A stretch of DNA of 64,000 bases from Clostridia bacterium (GCA_017504625.1 JAFVQU010000007.1:57275-121274); one strand, 5' to 3'; counted from the stretch's first letter, positions 1 to 8,393 are shown. The notes: generated from the letters alone by a model not told the origin. Numbers and translations are program-made.

Positions 1-528
1 TCAATAACGACGAGAACGGCGGGATTTGCAACGATCCCCCAGGAAAATCTCTCTACCCCGTCAGCACTTTTGTCGCTTATTCTTATGTTTATCGGAGGCT
101 CTCCCGTGGGTACTGCGGGAGGTGTAAAAACCGTTACGATTACAACACTTTTGCTTGCGGCTATATCTGCAATTAAAAACAAAAATCACGTTTCGGTTTT
201 TGGCAGAAGAATACCAAAAGAGGCTATCAGCAAGTCCATTGCCGTGGTTGCTACCTCTTTTTCAATAATGTTTATCTCCACCTTGCTTCTCAGTTGCTTT
301 ACTGAAGCCAACGTTCTCGATATCATTTATGAAACAGTAAGCGCAACGGCAACGGTTGGTCTTACACGAGCATTAACGCCAACTCTTACCATCGCGGGTA
401 AGATCATTATTACCGCGACTATGTATCTTGGCAGAGTTGGGCCTATTTCCCTTGCAGTTGCATTTCTCACAAAAAAAGACAATCAGAATATAATCAGTGA
501 TCCGACCGAAGAAATAAGCGTCGGTTAA
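1..528 (+). CDS. ktrB: K+ uptake transporter membrane subunit, TrkH/KtrB family (C-terminal part; 5' end off-window)
   Basis: The reading frame is open to the window edge. The translation is TM-rich and carries the GGSPVGTAGGVKT pore-loop-like motif. A ktrA-like gene follows directly. Confidence 0.8.
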   Translation, partial: SITTRTAGFATIPQENLSTPSALLSLILMFIGGSPVGTAGGVKTVTITTLLLAAISAIKNKNHVSVFGRRIPKEAISKSIAVVATSFSIMFISTLLLSCFTEANVLDIIYETVSATATVGLTRALTPTLTIAGKIIITATMYLGRVGPISLAVAFLTKKDNQNIISDPTEEISVG

Positions 529-565
529 ATTAAAAGACCGCCTGTCAGGCGGAATGGAGGTAATT

Positions 566-1219
566 ATGATAAATAAATCTTATGCAGTTTTAGGACTTGG
601 AAGATACGGATCCGCAGTAGCTCGTGAGCTTTCAAAAAGCGGAGCTGAAGTTCTTGCAGTTGATATAAACGAGAAAGTAGTAAACGCCGTTGCAAGTGAG
701 CTCCCAATATGTAAATGTGCGAACATAACTGACCCGGAGGTCATCAAACAACTTGGGATAAGTAATGTCGATGTAGTAGTCATCGCAATGGCAGGAAATC
801 TTGAGGCAACCGTTATGGCTATAACTCTTTGTAAGGAGGCTGGCGTTAAGACTGTAATCGCAAAGTGTGCGGAGGAAATGCACGGAAAGATTTTTAAACG
901 TGTGGGCGCGGATAAAGTTGTCTTCCCTGAAAACGAATCAGGAAACCGACTTGCAAAAAATTTGCTTAGTTCGGGATTCGTTGATATGATGGAGCTTTCA
1001 AGTGACGTTTCTATCGTAGAGCTTGAGGTAAAGAATGAATGGGTTGGCAAAACACTCATTGAGCTTAACGTCAGAAAGAAGTACGGTATAAACGTCGTTG
1101 CAATACGCAAGGGTTTGAACATTCAGGTAAATATTGATCCCGAAGCACCGCTTGAAAGCGATATGAAGCTCGTAGTTATCGCTAACACGGCAAAGCTTAT
1201 AAAATTCACTGAGAAATAA
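566..1219 (+). CDS. ktrA: K+ uptake regulatory subunit, TrkA/KtrA (RCK, NAD-binding)
   Basis: The translation has the GLGRYG Rossmann motif and TrkA-N/TrkA-C-like organisation. A GGAGG RBS at 556-560 sits 5 nt before ATG 566. The track ORF starts 12 nt earlier, at 554. Confidence 0.85.
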   Translation: MINKSYAVLGLGRYGSAVARELSKSGAEVLAVDINEKVVNAVASELPICKCANITDPEVIKQLGISNVDVVVIAMAGNLEATVMAITLCKEAGVKTVIAKCAEEMHGKIFKRVGADKVVFPENESGNRLAKNLLSSGFVDMMELSSDVSIVELEVKNEWVGKTLIELNVRKKYGINVVAIRKGLNIQVNIDPEAPLESDMKLVVIANTAKLIKFTEK

Positions 1220-1223
1220 AAAA

Positions 1224-1258
1224 CAGAGGAAAAGCGAAAAGCTTTTCCTCTGTTTTTT
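1224..1258. terminator. Bidirectional rho-independent terminator between ktrA and the trxB-like gene
   Basis: A perfect 12-bp stem (cagaggaaaagc / gcttttcctctg) with a 5-nt loop is flanked by an A-run and a T-run. Confidence 0.8.
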
Positions 1259-2165
1259 ATTTGTTGTCAAGAAAACGGCAAGCGGCAAGCGCGGAAACCG
1301 CGCCGTCACCGCAAGCGGTAGATATCTGGCGGATATTTTTCGTGCGACAGTCGCCCGCAACGAAAAGTCCCTCGGTCTCGGTAAGACAGTTCTCATCCGA
1401 AACGATGTATCCTCTATCAGAAAGCGTCGCAACGTTTTTAAACGGCTCGTTTTCGGGCACCTGTCCGATTGCAACGAACATGCCGTCAAGGTCAAGTCTT
1501 GTTTTCTCACCCGTAGCGGTGTTTTTAATAATTATTCCACGGAACTCATCGTCACCGAGTATATCCTCAACGGTAGTGCCGAAAATGAACTCAACATTAT
1601 CTCTCTCACGAAGGACTGCGGCAAGCTTTTCTTCTCCGGTAAGGAAATCAAGGTTTTGAACAACGTAGACCTTTTCACAGCCGTCGGAAAGCATTATTGC
1701 CTCGACAAGTGCCGAGTTTCCTCCGCCGATTACCGCAACTGTCTTATTTATATAGAACGCGCCGTCACAAACTGCGCAAAATGAAATTCCGTTGCCGATA
1801 AAGTCCTCCTCGCGTGAAAGACCGAGCAAACGGTGACGTGAGCCTGTTGCGATTATAACGCTACGCGACATAAACTCACCGTCATCACAGGTCACACAGA
1901 AGATCTCGTTTTCCTTGCGGATTCCGACGACTTCGTGCATATCTATTTCAGCACCAAGTCCGATAGCCTGATCAACAAGCTTGTCAGCAAGCTCATTTCC
2001 GCTAATCTGGGCAAATCCGGGATAATTTTCGATTTTAGGCGAGAAGGTCATCTGACCTCCGAACATTCCCTTTTCAATTACGAGGACACTCTTATCTGCG
2101 CGACGCGCGTATATTGCTGCTGTAAGTCCCGCGGGCCCCGCGCCAACAACTATAATATCATACAT
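1257..2165 (-). CDS. trxB: Thioredoxin-disulfide reductase family flavoprotein (CAVC redox motif; NADPH-binding HRRxxxR motif not conserved)
   Basis: The protein has the GAGPAG FAD motif, a CAVC redox dithiol and a GGGNSA second dinucleotide motif. The position aligned by eye to E. coli TrxR HLIHRRDGFRAEKIL reads VYVVQNLDFLTGEEKL. Confidence 0.85.
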   Translation of the reverse strand: MYDIIVVGAGPAGLTAAIYARRADKSVLVIEKGMFGGQMTFSPKIENYPGFAQISGNELADKLVDQAIGLGAEIDMHEVVGIRKENEIFCVTCDDGEFMSRSVIIATGSRHRLLGLSREEDFIGNGISFCAVCDGAFYINKTVAVIGGGNSALVEAIMLSDGCEKVYVVQNLDFLTGEEKLAAVLRERDNVEFIFGTTVEDILGDDEFRGIIIKNTATGEKTRLDLDGMFVAIGQVPENEPFKNVATLSDRGYIVSDENCLTETEGLFVAGDCRTKNIRQISTACGDGAVSALAACRFLDNK

Positions 2166-2205
2166 AATTTATATAATCCTTTCAAAAAGAAAAGTCAAGA
2201 TGATT

Positions 2206-2257
2206 TTGGCAATCCGCCGTGCATTCCTGCATTTTCCTGAGTCCGACGGATTGCCAA
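2206..2257 (-). terminator. Long-stem hairpin between nrdD and trxB (possible terminator/attenuator)
   Basis: An 11-bp perfect stem (ttggcaatccg / cggattgccaa), extendable to 14 bp with one mismatch, encloses a loop of about 24 nt. A T-rich run follows further downstream on the minus strand. Confidence 0.4.
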
Positions 2258-2277
2258 ATAGTTAATTTATGACTTGA

Positions 2278-4689
2278 TTATGCCTTGGTTACAGAGTCAA
2301 TATACTTTCTGATGTTAGAAAGGTTAGCTGCCTTTGCAACCTCGCGTCCGCCCTCTACAACTACGAGAGTGGGCGCTTCCTTAACCTTGAACTGCTCTAC
2401 GAGGTCAACGTGCTCATCTGCATAAAGCTTTTCGTAAGCAATGCCTGCCTTGTCAAGGAAAATTCCTGCCATCTTACAGTTAGGACATGTCTTTGTAGCA
2501 AAGAGATATACCTTTGCGCCCTCATCGCACTCGCAAACTTCCTCAATGGGTGCCGCCATCATGCTGACTGTTCTGACACCACAGCATCCAACGTTTATCT
2601 CAGGGTGAAGCTCGTTAGAACGGTCGATATTATATGTGCGTCTGTCCTTGAACTCCTGGCTCTTACCGTCGTTCCATGCCTGAACAGGTCTGTAGTAACC
2701 GGTAATACGGCTATAAACCTCGGTAGTCTTGCCACACTCAGGGCAGGTGTAATGCTCGCCGTTGATATATCCGTGCTCGGTACATACACTGTATGTGGGC
2801 GACATAGTGTAATAAGGAAGCTTGTAGTTCTCTGCAATTTTACGAACGAGGTTAGCCGCGCTCTTCCAAGTGGGAAGCTTCTCACCGAGGAATGCGTGGA
2901 ATACTGTACCCGAGGTATAGAGAGTCTGAAGCTCGTCCTGAATGTCAAGCGCCGAGAAGATATCCTCGGTATAGCCTACGGGAAGGTGTGACGAGTTGGT
3001 ATAATAAGGAGTCTTACCCGAATCGGACGCGGTAAGGATATCGGGGTATCGCTTAACGTCGTGCTTTGCAAAGCGGTAAGAGGTAGACTCTGCAGGAGTA
3101 GCCTCAAGGTTATAAAGGTCACCGTACATTTCCTGATAGTCGGAAAGACGCTCTCTCATATGGTTAAGAACTGCCTTTGAGAACTCCTGAGTTTCCTTGT
3201 GAGTCATATCTGCTCTGAGCCACTTAGCGTTAAGACCGACTTCGTTCATACCTACAAGACCGATAGTCGAGAAGTGGTTGTTAAAGGTACCGAGATATCT
3301 CTTGGTATAAGGATAAAGTCCTTCATTGAGAAGCTTTGTAATAACTGTTCTCTTGGTCTTGAGCGAACGCGCGGAAATATCAAGAAGCTTGTCAAGTCTC
3401 TTGTAGAAGTCCTCCTCGTTCTCTGCAAGGTAAGCAATTCTGGGCATGTTAATGGTAACAACACCGACAGAGCCTGTCGATTCACCTGAACCGAAGAAGC
3501 CGCCGGACTTCTTGCGAAGCTCACGGAGGTCAAGACGGAGTCTGCAGCACATCGAACGAACGTCACTGGGCTCCATATCGGAATTGATGTAGTTTGAGAA
3601 ATAAGGAGTACCGTACTTTGCGGTCATCTCGAAGAGAAGCTTGTTGTTCTCGGTCTCGGACCAGTCAAAGTCGCTTGTAATAGAATATGTAGGAATAGGA
3701 TACTGGAATCCACGGCCGTTTGCATCACCCTCGATCATGATCTCGATGAACGCCTTGTTAACCATATCCATCTCTGCTTTACAGTCCTTATACTTGAAGT
3801 CCATTTCCTTGCCGCCAACGATACAGTTAAGCTCAGCAAGGTCGTTAGGAACTGTCCAGTCGAGAGTGATATTAGTAAAGGGCGACTGAGTACCCCAACG
3901 GGAAGGAGTATTTACACCGTAAATGAAGGACTGGATGCACTGCTTTACTTCCTTGTAAGAAAGATTATCAACCTTTACGAAAGGAGCAAGATATGTGTCA
4001 AAGGAGGAGAATGCCTGTGCGCCTGCCCATTCGTTCTGCATAATACCGAGGAAATTGACCATCTGGTTGCAGAGGGTGGAGAGATGACCAGCGGGAGCAG
4101 AGGTGATCTTACCCGTTACGCCTCCAAGACCCTCCTGAATAAGCTGCTTAAGTGACCATCCTGCGCAGTAGCCGGTAAGCATAGAAAGGTCGTGAATATG
4201 AATGTCAGCGTTTCTGTGAGCGTTTGCGATCTCGTCGTCATACACCTCGCTCAACCAATAGTTCGCAGTTATTGCACCCGAGTTAGAAAGGATAAGACCT
4301 CCTACCGAGTAAGTAACGGTGGAGTTTTCCTTAACTCTCCAGTCAAGCTCCTTGAGGTATCCGTTAACGATATCTTTGTAGTCAAGCGCGGTGCTTTTGA
4401 TATTTCTGAGCTTCTCTCTCTGACGGCGGTAAAGGATATATGCCTTTGCTACGTCCGCATAGCCTGCCTGAACGAGAACAGACTCAACGCTGTCCTGAAT
4501 ATCCTCAACAGAAATGATACCGTCCTTTATCTTAGGCTCAAAGTCTGCGGTGACCTTAAGTGCTAAAAAATCAATAACGTTCTGATTGTACTGCTTTTCC
4601 TGTGCTTCAAATGCAAGTTTGATAGCGTCTGAGATCTTTGAAAGATTCATATCAACTATCTTGCCGTCTCTTTTTTGTACGCTGTACAT
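2278..4689 (-). CDS. nrdD: Anaerobic ribonucleoside-triphosphate reductase (class III RNR) with C-terminal thioredoxin-fold extension
   Basis: The 803-aa product has an N-terminal ATP-cone-like region, a SMCCRLRL thiyl-loop region, a CTEH...CPECG Zn ribbon and the glycyl-radical motif RITGYYRPV. About 110 extra residues follow, ending in KVYLFATKTCPNCKMAG..., a Trx/Grx-like CxxC module. Confidence 0.93.
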   Translation of the reverse strand: MYSVQKRDGKIVDMNLSKISDAIKLAFEAQEKQYNQNVIDFLALKVTADFEPKIKDGIISVEDIQDSVESVLVQAGYADVAKAYILYRRQREKLRNIKSTALDYKDIVNGYLKELDWRVKENSTVTYSVGGLILSNSGAITANYWLSEVYDDEIANAHRNADIHIHDLSMLTGYCAGWSLKQLIQEGLGGVTGKITSAPAGHLSTLCNQMVNFLGIMQNEWAGAQAFSSFDTYLAPFVKVDNLSYKEVKQCIQSFIYGVNTPSRWGTQSPFTNITLDWTVPNDLAELNCIVGGKEMDFKYKDCKAEMDMVNKAFIEIMIEGDANGRGFQYPIPTYSITSDFDWSETENNKLLFEMTAKYGTPYFSNYINSDMEPSDVRSMCCRLRLDLRELRKKSGGFFGSGESTGSVGVVTINMPRIAYLAENEEDFYKRLDKLLDISARSLKTKRTVITKLLNEGLYPYTKRYLGTFNNHFSTIGLVGMNEVGLNAKWLRADMTHKETQEFSKAVLNHMRERLSDYQEMYGDLYNLEATPAESTSYRFAKHDVKRYPDILTASDSGKTPYYTNSSHLPVGYTEDIFSALDIQDELQTLYTSGTVFHAFLGEKLPTWKSAANLVRKIAENYKLPYYTMSPTYSVCTEHGYINGEHYTCPECGKTTEVYSRITGYYRPVQAWNDGKSQEFKDRRTYNIDRSNELHPEINVGCCGVRTVSMMAAPIEEVCECDEGAKVYLFATKTCPNCKMAGIFLDKAGIAYEKLYADEHVDLVEQFKVKEAPTLVVVEGGREVAKAANLSNIRKYIDSVTKA

Positions 4690-4780
4690 TTTCTCTCTCC
4701 TTTTTCTTTTTTATTTCAAATTTTATTATCTGATTTAATCGCTTATCCCCAAGATTTTTTCTGATTTTGGGCATAAAATG

Positions 4781-4803
4781 GGCGCGGACACAAAATCCGC
4801 GCC
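4781..4803 (-). promoter_or_regulatory. Stem-loop at the predicted 5' end of the nrdD transcript
   Basis: An 8-bp GC-rich stem (ggcgcgga / tccgcgcc) with a 7-nt loop begins a few nt downstream of the predicted -10 element. Confidence 0.45.
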
Positions 4804-4811
4804 GCAGATGA

Positions 4812-4840
4812 ATTATACTATATTTAGTGGTCGTTGTCAA
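4812..4840 (-). promoter_or_regulatory. Sigma-A type promoter of nrdD (TTGACA-17-TATAAT)
   Basis: On the minus strand, TTGACA (4840-4835) and TATAAT (4817-4812) are separated by exactly 17 nt. Confidence 0.75.
4815..4830 (-). promoter_or_regulatory. NrdR box 1 (overlaps -10/spacer of the nrdD promoter)
   Basis: The minus-strand sequence CCACTAAATATAGTAT matches the 16-bp NrdR palindrome consensus acaCwAtATaTwGtgt. Confidence 0.7.
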
Positions 4841-4847
4841 CCCCCAA

Positions 4848-4863
4848 ACACTAAATAAAGTGT
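4848..4863 (-). promoter_or_regulatory. NrdR box 2 (upstream of -35)
   Basis: ACACTAAATAAAGTGT has perfect ACACT/AGTGT arms. Its centre lies 33 bp from the centre of box 1. Confidence 0.75.
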
Positions 4864-4894
4864 TTTTTCTTGTAAATTCATCAGTATATATAGT

Positions 4895-5599
4895 TTATAG
4901 TCCTCTCAATTGTGCATTTGGCACAAATTGGCGAATGCTGTCGAGAAGGAGTGTCATTTCGTCCTTGTTATACTCGCTTAGTCCCTCGCCTATGAGGTCT
5001 CCCGAATCCTTAAATTGCTGCAAAAAATATTTCTCGTTTCCGCGTATCCATTCGCCTATTTTGACGATATCTTCTGCCGTGTGATACTCTCTGGTCACGG
5101 TTGTACGAAACTCAAAATCAACATTTCCTTCCATAAGAAAGGAGATGCTCTCGTCTATAGGGGAAAGGTCGTATTTCTCGTCAAAACCAATCGTTTTGCC
5201 GTATTTTCCACGGCAGTTCTTGATATCCATGGCGATATAATCAACGAGATTATCGGTAACCAAGGATTTTATTACCTCCGGGCGGGTTCCGTTCGTGTCG
5301 AGCTTTACCTCATAGCCGATTTTTTTCAATTCGGCTATAAAATCATAAAGTCCGGGCCAGAGAGTAGGCTCTCCTCCCGTTATCGCCACTCCGTCAAGAA
5401 GCCCGAAGCGTTTTTTTAAGAATTCAAGCAATTCCCCATTGTCGTAAGGCTGTTGCTCATTGGCTCTAACAACCAAAGACGCGTTATGACAGAATGGACA
5501 ACGCATATTACATCCCTTGGTAAAGAGAGTGCATGCAACCTTGCCAGGAAAATCAAGCAGAGTTAACTTCTGCAAACCCGTAAAAACGATATCCTTCAT
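4895..5599 (-). CDS. nrdG: Anaerobic ribonucleotide reductase activating protein (radical SAM)
   Basis: The protein has the CNMRCPFCHN radical-SAM cluster motif and GGEPTL, and its size of 234 aa fits. It lies next to nrdD. Confidence 0.9.
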   Translation of the reverse strand: MKDIVFTGLQKLTLLDFPGKVACTLFTKGCNMRCPFCHNASLVVRANEQQPYDNGELLEFLKKRFGLLDGVAITGGEPTLWPGLYDFIAELKKIGYEVKLDTNGTRPEVIKSLVTDNLVDYIAMDIKNCRGKYGKTIGFDEKYDLSPIDESISFLMEGNVDFEFRTTVTREYHTAEDIVKIGEWIRGNEKYFLQQFKDSGDLIGEGLSEYNKDEMTLLLDSIRQFVPNAQLRGL

Positions 5600-5605
5600 T
5601 GCCTA

Positions 5606-6199
5606 TCAGACGTAGCTGCGCTGAATAGCTACTACCTTTCCGAGAATAAGCACTTCCTCAACTATTATAGGCTCCATAGTGCTGTTTTCGGGCTGGAGTC
5701 TGTAATGACCGTCCTCACGGTAGAAGGTTTTTACAGTTGCCTCGTTTTCGATAAGAGCAACGACTATCTCGCCGTTATCGGCGTAGCAGGTCTTCTCCGC
5801 GATGATCATATCACCGTCGAGAATGCCTATTTCTATCATACTCTCACCCTTGACCTTAAGCGCAAACATTCCGTCGGGTGAGGTCTTACCAACGTAACCC
5901 ACGTAGCCATCAAAATTCTCCTCAGCAAGAATAGGCGAGCCCGCGGTAACAGTACCGAGGATCGGCACGGCGGTAACCGGAGGCAATTCCTCGACAAGTG
6001 AGATTGCGCGGCTGATGCCGTCCTGCTTGCGAATATATCCAAGTCTGTCAAGCCTGTCAATATACATATGCACGGTCGAGGTGCTCTTATAATTAAGGGC
6101 ATTCTGAATGTCACGGACACTGGGTGAGTAACCGTTTCTTCTGACCGATTGAACTATGTAATCATATACCTTTTGCTCTTTTGGCTTAAGCTTTACCAT
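5606..6199 (-). CDS. lexA: LexA repressor (SOS regulator, S24 peptidase)
   Basis: An N-terminal winged-HTH region (SPSVRDIQNALNYKSTSTV) is followed by a C-terminal S24 domain with the GESM serine motif and a downstream Lys. Confidence 0.92.
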   Translation of the reverse strand: MVKLKPKEQKVYDYIVQSVRRNGYSPSVRDIQNALNYKSTSTVHMYIDRLDRLGYIRKQDGISRAISLVEELPPVTAVPILGTVTAGSPILAEENFDGYVGYVGKTSPDGMFALKVKGESMIEIGILDGDMIIAEKTCYADNGEIVVALIENEATVKTFYREDGHYRLQPENSTMEPIIVEEVLILGKVVAIQRSYV

Positions 6200-6370
6200 T
6201 TATGTAATACCGTCCTTTTTGAATTTGTCGGCACAAAACCGCACAAATGTATTGTTTTTCTTTATTTTATCACAAAATACACGATGATTTGTAGAACAAA
6301 TTGTTAATTTTTTAAACATTTTTAATTCAAATTTTAACTTTTTGCAACTTTTAAAAATATTTATTGCAAA

Positions 6371-6399
6371 TTGACAAAAAATATAGTAAAATGTATGAT
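6371..6399 (+). promoter_or_regulatory. Sigma-A type promoter of pck (TTGACA-17-TATGAT)
   Basis: TTGACA at 6371-6376 and TATGAT at 6394-6399 are separated by a 17-nt spacer. Confidence 0.65.
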
Positions 6400-6474
6400 G
6401 GATAACAAAGTGAATAATTTTCTGAATTACAATTTTGGTATTTAATTTGTTTAATATAAAAAGGAGAAAAAACT

Positions 6475-8268
6475 ATGACACCTACCAACAACAAGTACGT
6501 TCTTGATTGGATCAACGACATGGCGGCTATGACTCAGCCCGACAAGATCGTTTGGATCGACGGTAGCGAGGAACAGGCAGAGGCTCTCAGAGCTGAGGCT
6601 TGCTCTACCGGCGAGATGATCAAGCTTAATCAGGATAAGCTCCCCGGATGCTATCTTCACAGAACTGCCGTAAACGACGTTGCGCGCGTTGAGGGCAGAA
6701 CCTTTATCTGTACTTCCAAGAAGGAAGACGCAGGTAACATCAACAACTGGATGGATCCTACCGAGTGCAAGGAAAAGCTCTCCAAGCTCTATCAGGGCTC
6801 TATGAAGGGCAGAACCATGTACGTAATTCCCTACTCGATGTCCGTAGTCGGATCTCCCTTTGCTAAGTACGGTATCGAGCTTACCGACTCTATCTACGTT
6901 GTTCTTAACATGCTTATCATGACCCGCGTAGGTAATGACGTTCTTGAGGCTCTCGGCGAGAGCGCAGATTACATCAAGGGACTTCACGCTCGCGCAGATA
7001 TTGATGAAGAAAACAGATATATCGTTCATTTCCCCGAGGAAAACACCATTTGGTCGGTTAACTCCGGCTACGGCGGAAACGTTCTTCTCGGTAAGAAGTG
7101 CTTCGCGCTCAGAATCGCTTCCTTCCTCGGACGTAAGGAAGGCTGGATGGCAGAGCATATGCTTATCCTCGGCGTTGAGTATCCCGACGGTGAGACCAAG
7201 TACGTTTGCGCGGCATTCCCCTCTGCTTGCGGTAAGACAAACCTCGCAATGCTTATTCCTCCGGAGTACTACTCCAAGCAGGGCTATAAGGTATGGTGCG
7301 TAGGTGACGATATCGCTTGGCTCAGAGTTGGCGAGGACGGCAGACTTTGGGCAGTTAACCCCGAAAACGGATTCTTCGGCGTTGCTCCCGGTACAAACCT
7401 CAACTCCAACCCCAACGCTCTCTACACAACTATGAAGGATACTATCTTCACTAACGTAGTTCACAACACCGCTGAAAACACCGTTTGGTGGGAAGGTCTT
7501 GACAAGAATCCTCCTCAGCCCGGCAACGCAATTGACTGGAAGGGCAATCCTTGGGACTGCACCAAGTTTGACAAGAAGGATAAGTCGACCTGCGGCGCAC
7601 ATCCCAACTCCCGTTTCACCGCAAAGGCTATCAACTGTCCTTGTATCTCCAAGGAATTCTCCAATCCCGCGGGCGTTCCGATCTCCGCTATCGTATTTGG
7701 CGGCAGACGTGCAAAGACTGCTCCCCTCGTTTATCAGTCAACCTCTTGGCAGAACGGTACATTCGTTGGCTCTATCATGGCTTCCGAAACCACCGCTGCT
7801 GCAGCAGGTGCTGTCGGCGTAGTTCGTCGCGATCCTATGGCTATGAGACCCTTCGTTGGTTATGATATGGGTGACTATTGGGCACACTGGCTCAAGATGG
7901 GCACAACTATTCCCCACGCTCCCAAGATCTTCCACGTTAACTGGTTCCGTACCGATGCTGAAGGCAACTTCATCTGGCCCGGATTCGGTGACAACATGAG
8001 AGTTCTTATGTGGATCCTTGCTCGTTGCGAGGGTAAGGTTGACGCAGAGATCACTCCTATCGGTTATATTCCTAAGGCTGAGGATATCTGCATCGAAGGA
8101 CTTAGTGATGTTACTATTGACACTATTAAGGAGCTTCTTACCGTTGATAAGGCTTCCTGGCTTGAGGACGTTGAGAACATCAAGGCATTCTACGCTCAGG
8201 TTGGCGATAGAGTTCCCGAAACTCTCTACGACGAGCTTGCAGCTCTTGAAGCAAGACTTAAGGCTTAA
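6475..8268 (+). CDS. pck: Phosphoenolpyruvate carboxykinase (GTP)
   Basis: The 597-aa product carries the GTP-PEPCK kinase-1a signature FPSACGKTNLAML. An AAGGAG RBS lies upstream. Confidence 0.93.
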   Translation: MTPTNNKYVLDWINDMAAMTQPDKIVWIDGSEEQAEALRAEACSTGEMIKLNQDKLPGCYLHRTAVNDVARVEGRTFICTSKKEDAGNINNWMDPTECKEKLSKLYQGSMKGRTMYVIPYSMSVVGSPFAKYGIELTDSIYVVLNMLIMTRVGNDVLEALGESADYIKGLHARADIDEENRYIVHFPEENTIWSVNSGYGGNVLLGKKCFALRIASFLGRKEGWMAEHMLILGVEYPDGETKYVCAAFPSACGKTNLAMLIPPEYYSKQGYKVWCVGDDIAWLRVGEDGRLWAVNPENGFFGVAPGTNLNSNPNALYTTMKDTIFTNVVHNTAENTVWWEGLDKNPPQPGNAIDWKGNPWDCTKFDKKDKSTCGAHPNSRFTAKAINCPCISKEFSNPAGVPISAIVFGGRRAKTAPLVYQSTSWQNGTFVGSIMASETTAAAAGAVGVVRRDPMAMRPFVGYDMGDYWAHWLKMGTTIPHAPKIFHVNWFRTDAEGNFIWPGFGDNMRVLMWILARCEGKVDAEITPIGYIPKAEDICIEGLSDVTIDTIKELLTVDKASWLEDVENIKAFYAQVGDRVPETLYDELAALEARLKA

Positions 8269-8282
8269 TTTTATAACATTGA

Positions 8283-8310
8283 ATGCGCCGCTGATGCGGC
8301 GCATTTTTTA
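8283..8310 (+). terminator. Rho-independent terminator of pck
   Basis: The stem atgcgccgc / gcggcgcat with loop tgat is followed by a TTTTTT run. Confidence 0.85.
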
Positions 8311-8364
8311 TTGAATTCAGACACCAAAAAATATGAATTTTACTCATATTCCAACTCTTTTCGC

Positions 8365-8393
8365 TTGACAGTCGGTAAAAAACAATATATAAT
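8365..8393 (+). promoter_or_regulatory. Sigma-A type promoter of the rnf operon (TTGACA-17-TATAAT)
   Basis: TTGACA at 8365-8370 and TATAAT at 8388-8393 are separated by a 17-nt spacer. Confidence 0.7.

Noticed and set aside
4690-4811. I considered a cobalamin riboswitch or other structured leader upstream of nrdD.
   Set aside because: There is no B12-box, and the sequence is mostly A/T-rich and unstructured apart from the single 5' hairpin. Regulation is better explained by the NrdR boxes.
6294-6305. A possible LexA (SOS) box, GAACAAATTGTT, lies upstream of lexA.
   Set aside because: With the canonical 4-nt spacer the right half reads TGTT, not GTTC. GTT(A) fits only with a 5-nt spacer. The match is too weak to call, and the true LexA motif of this organism should be derived genome-wide.
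6451-7602. A 383-aa ORF lies antisense to pck. Similar long antisense ORFs occur at 10048-10815, 12659-13303, 14130-14909, 31804-32478 and 33779-34342.
   Set aside because: Each lies entirely inside a strongly supported conserved gene on the other strand. None has a convincing RBS or recognisable motif, and all show biased, low-complexity composition. They are typical shadow ORFs caused by codon bias.
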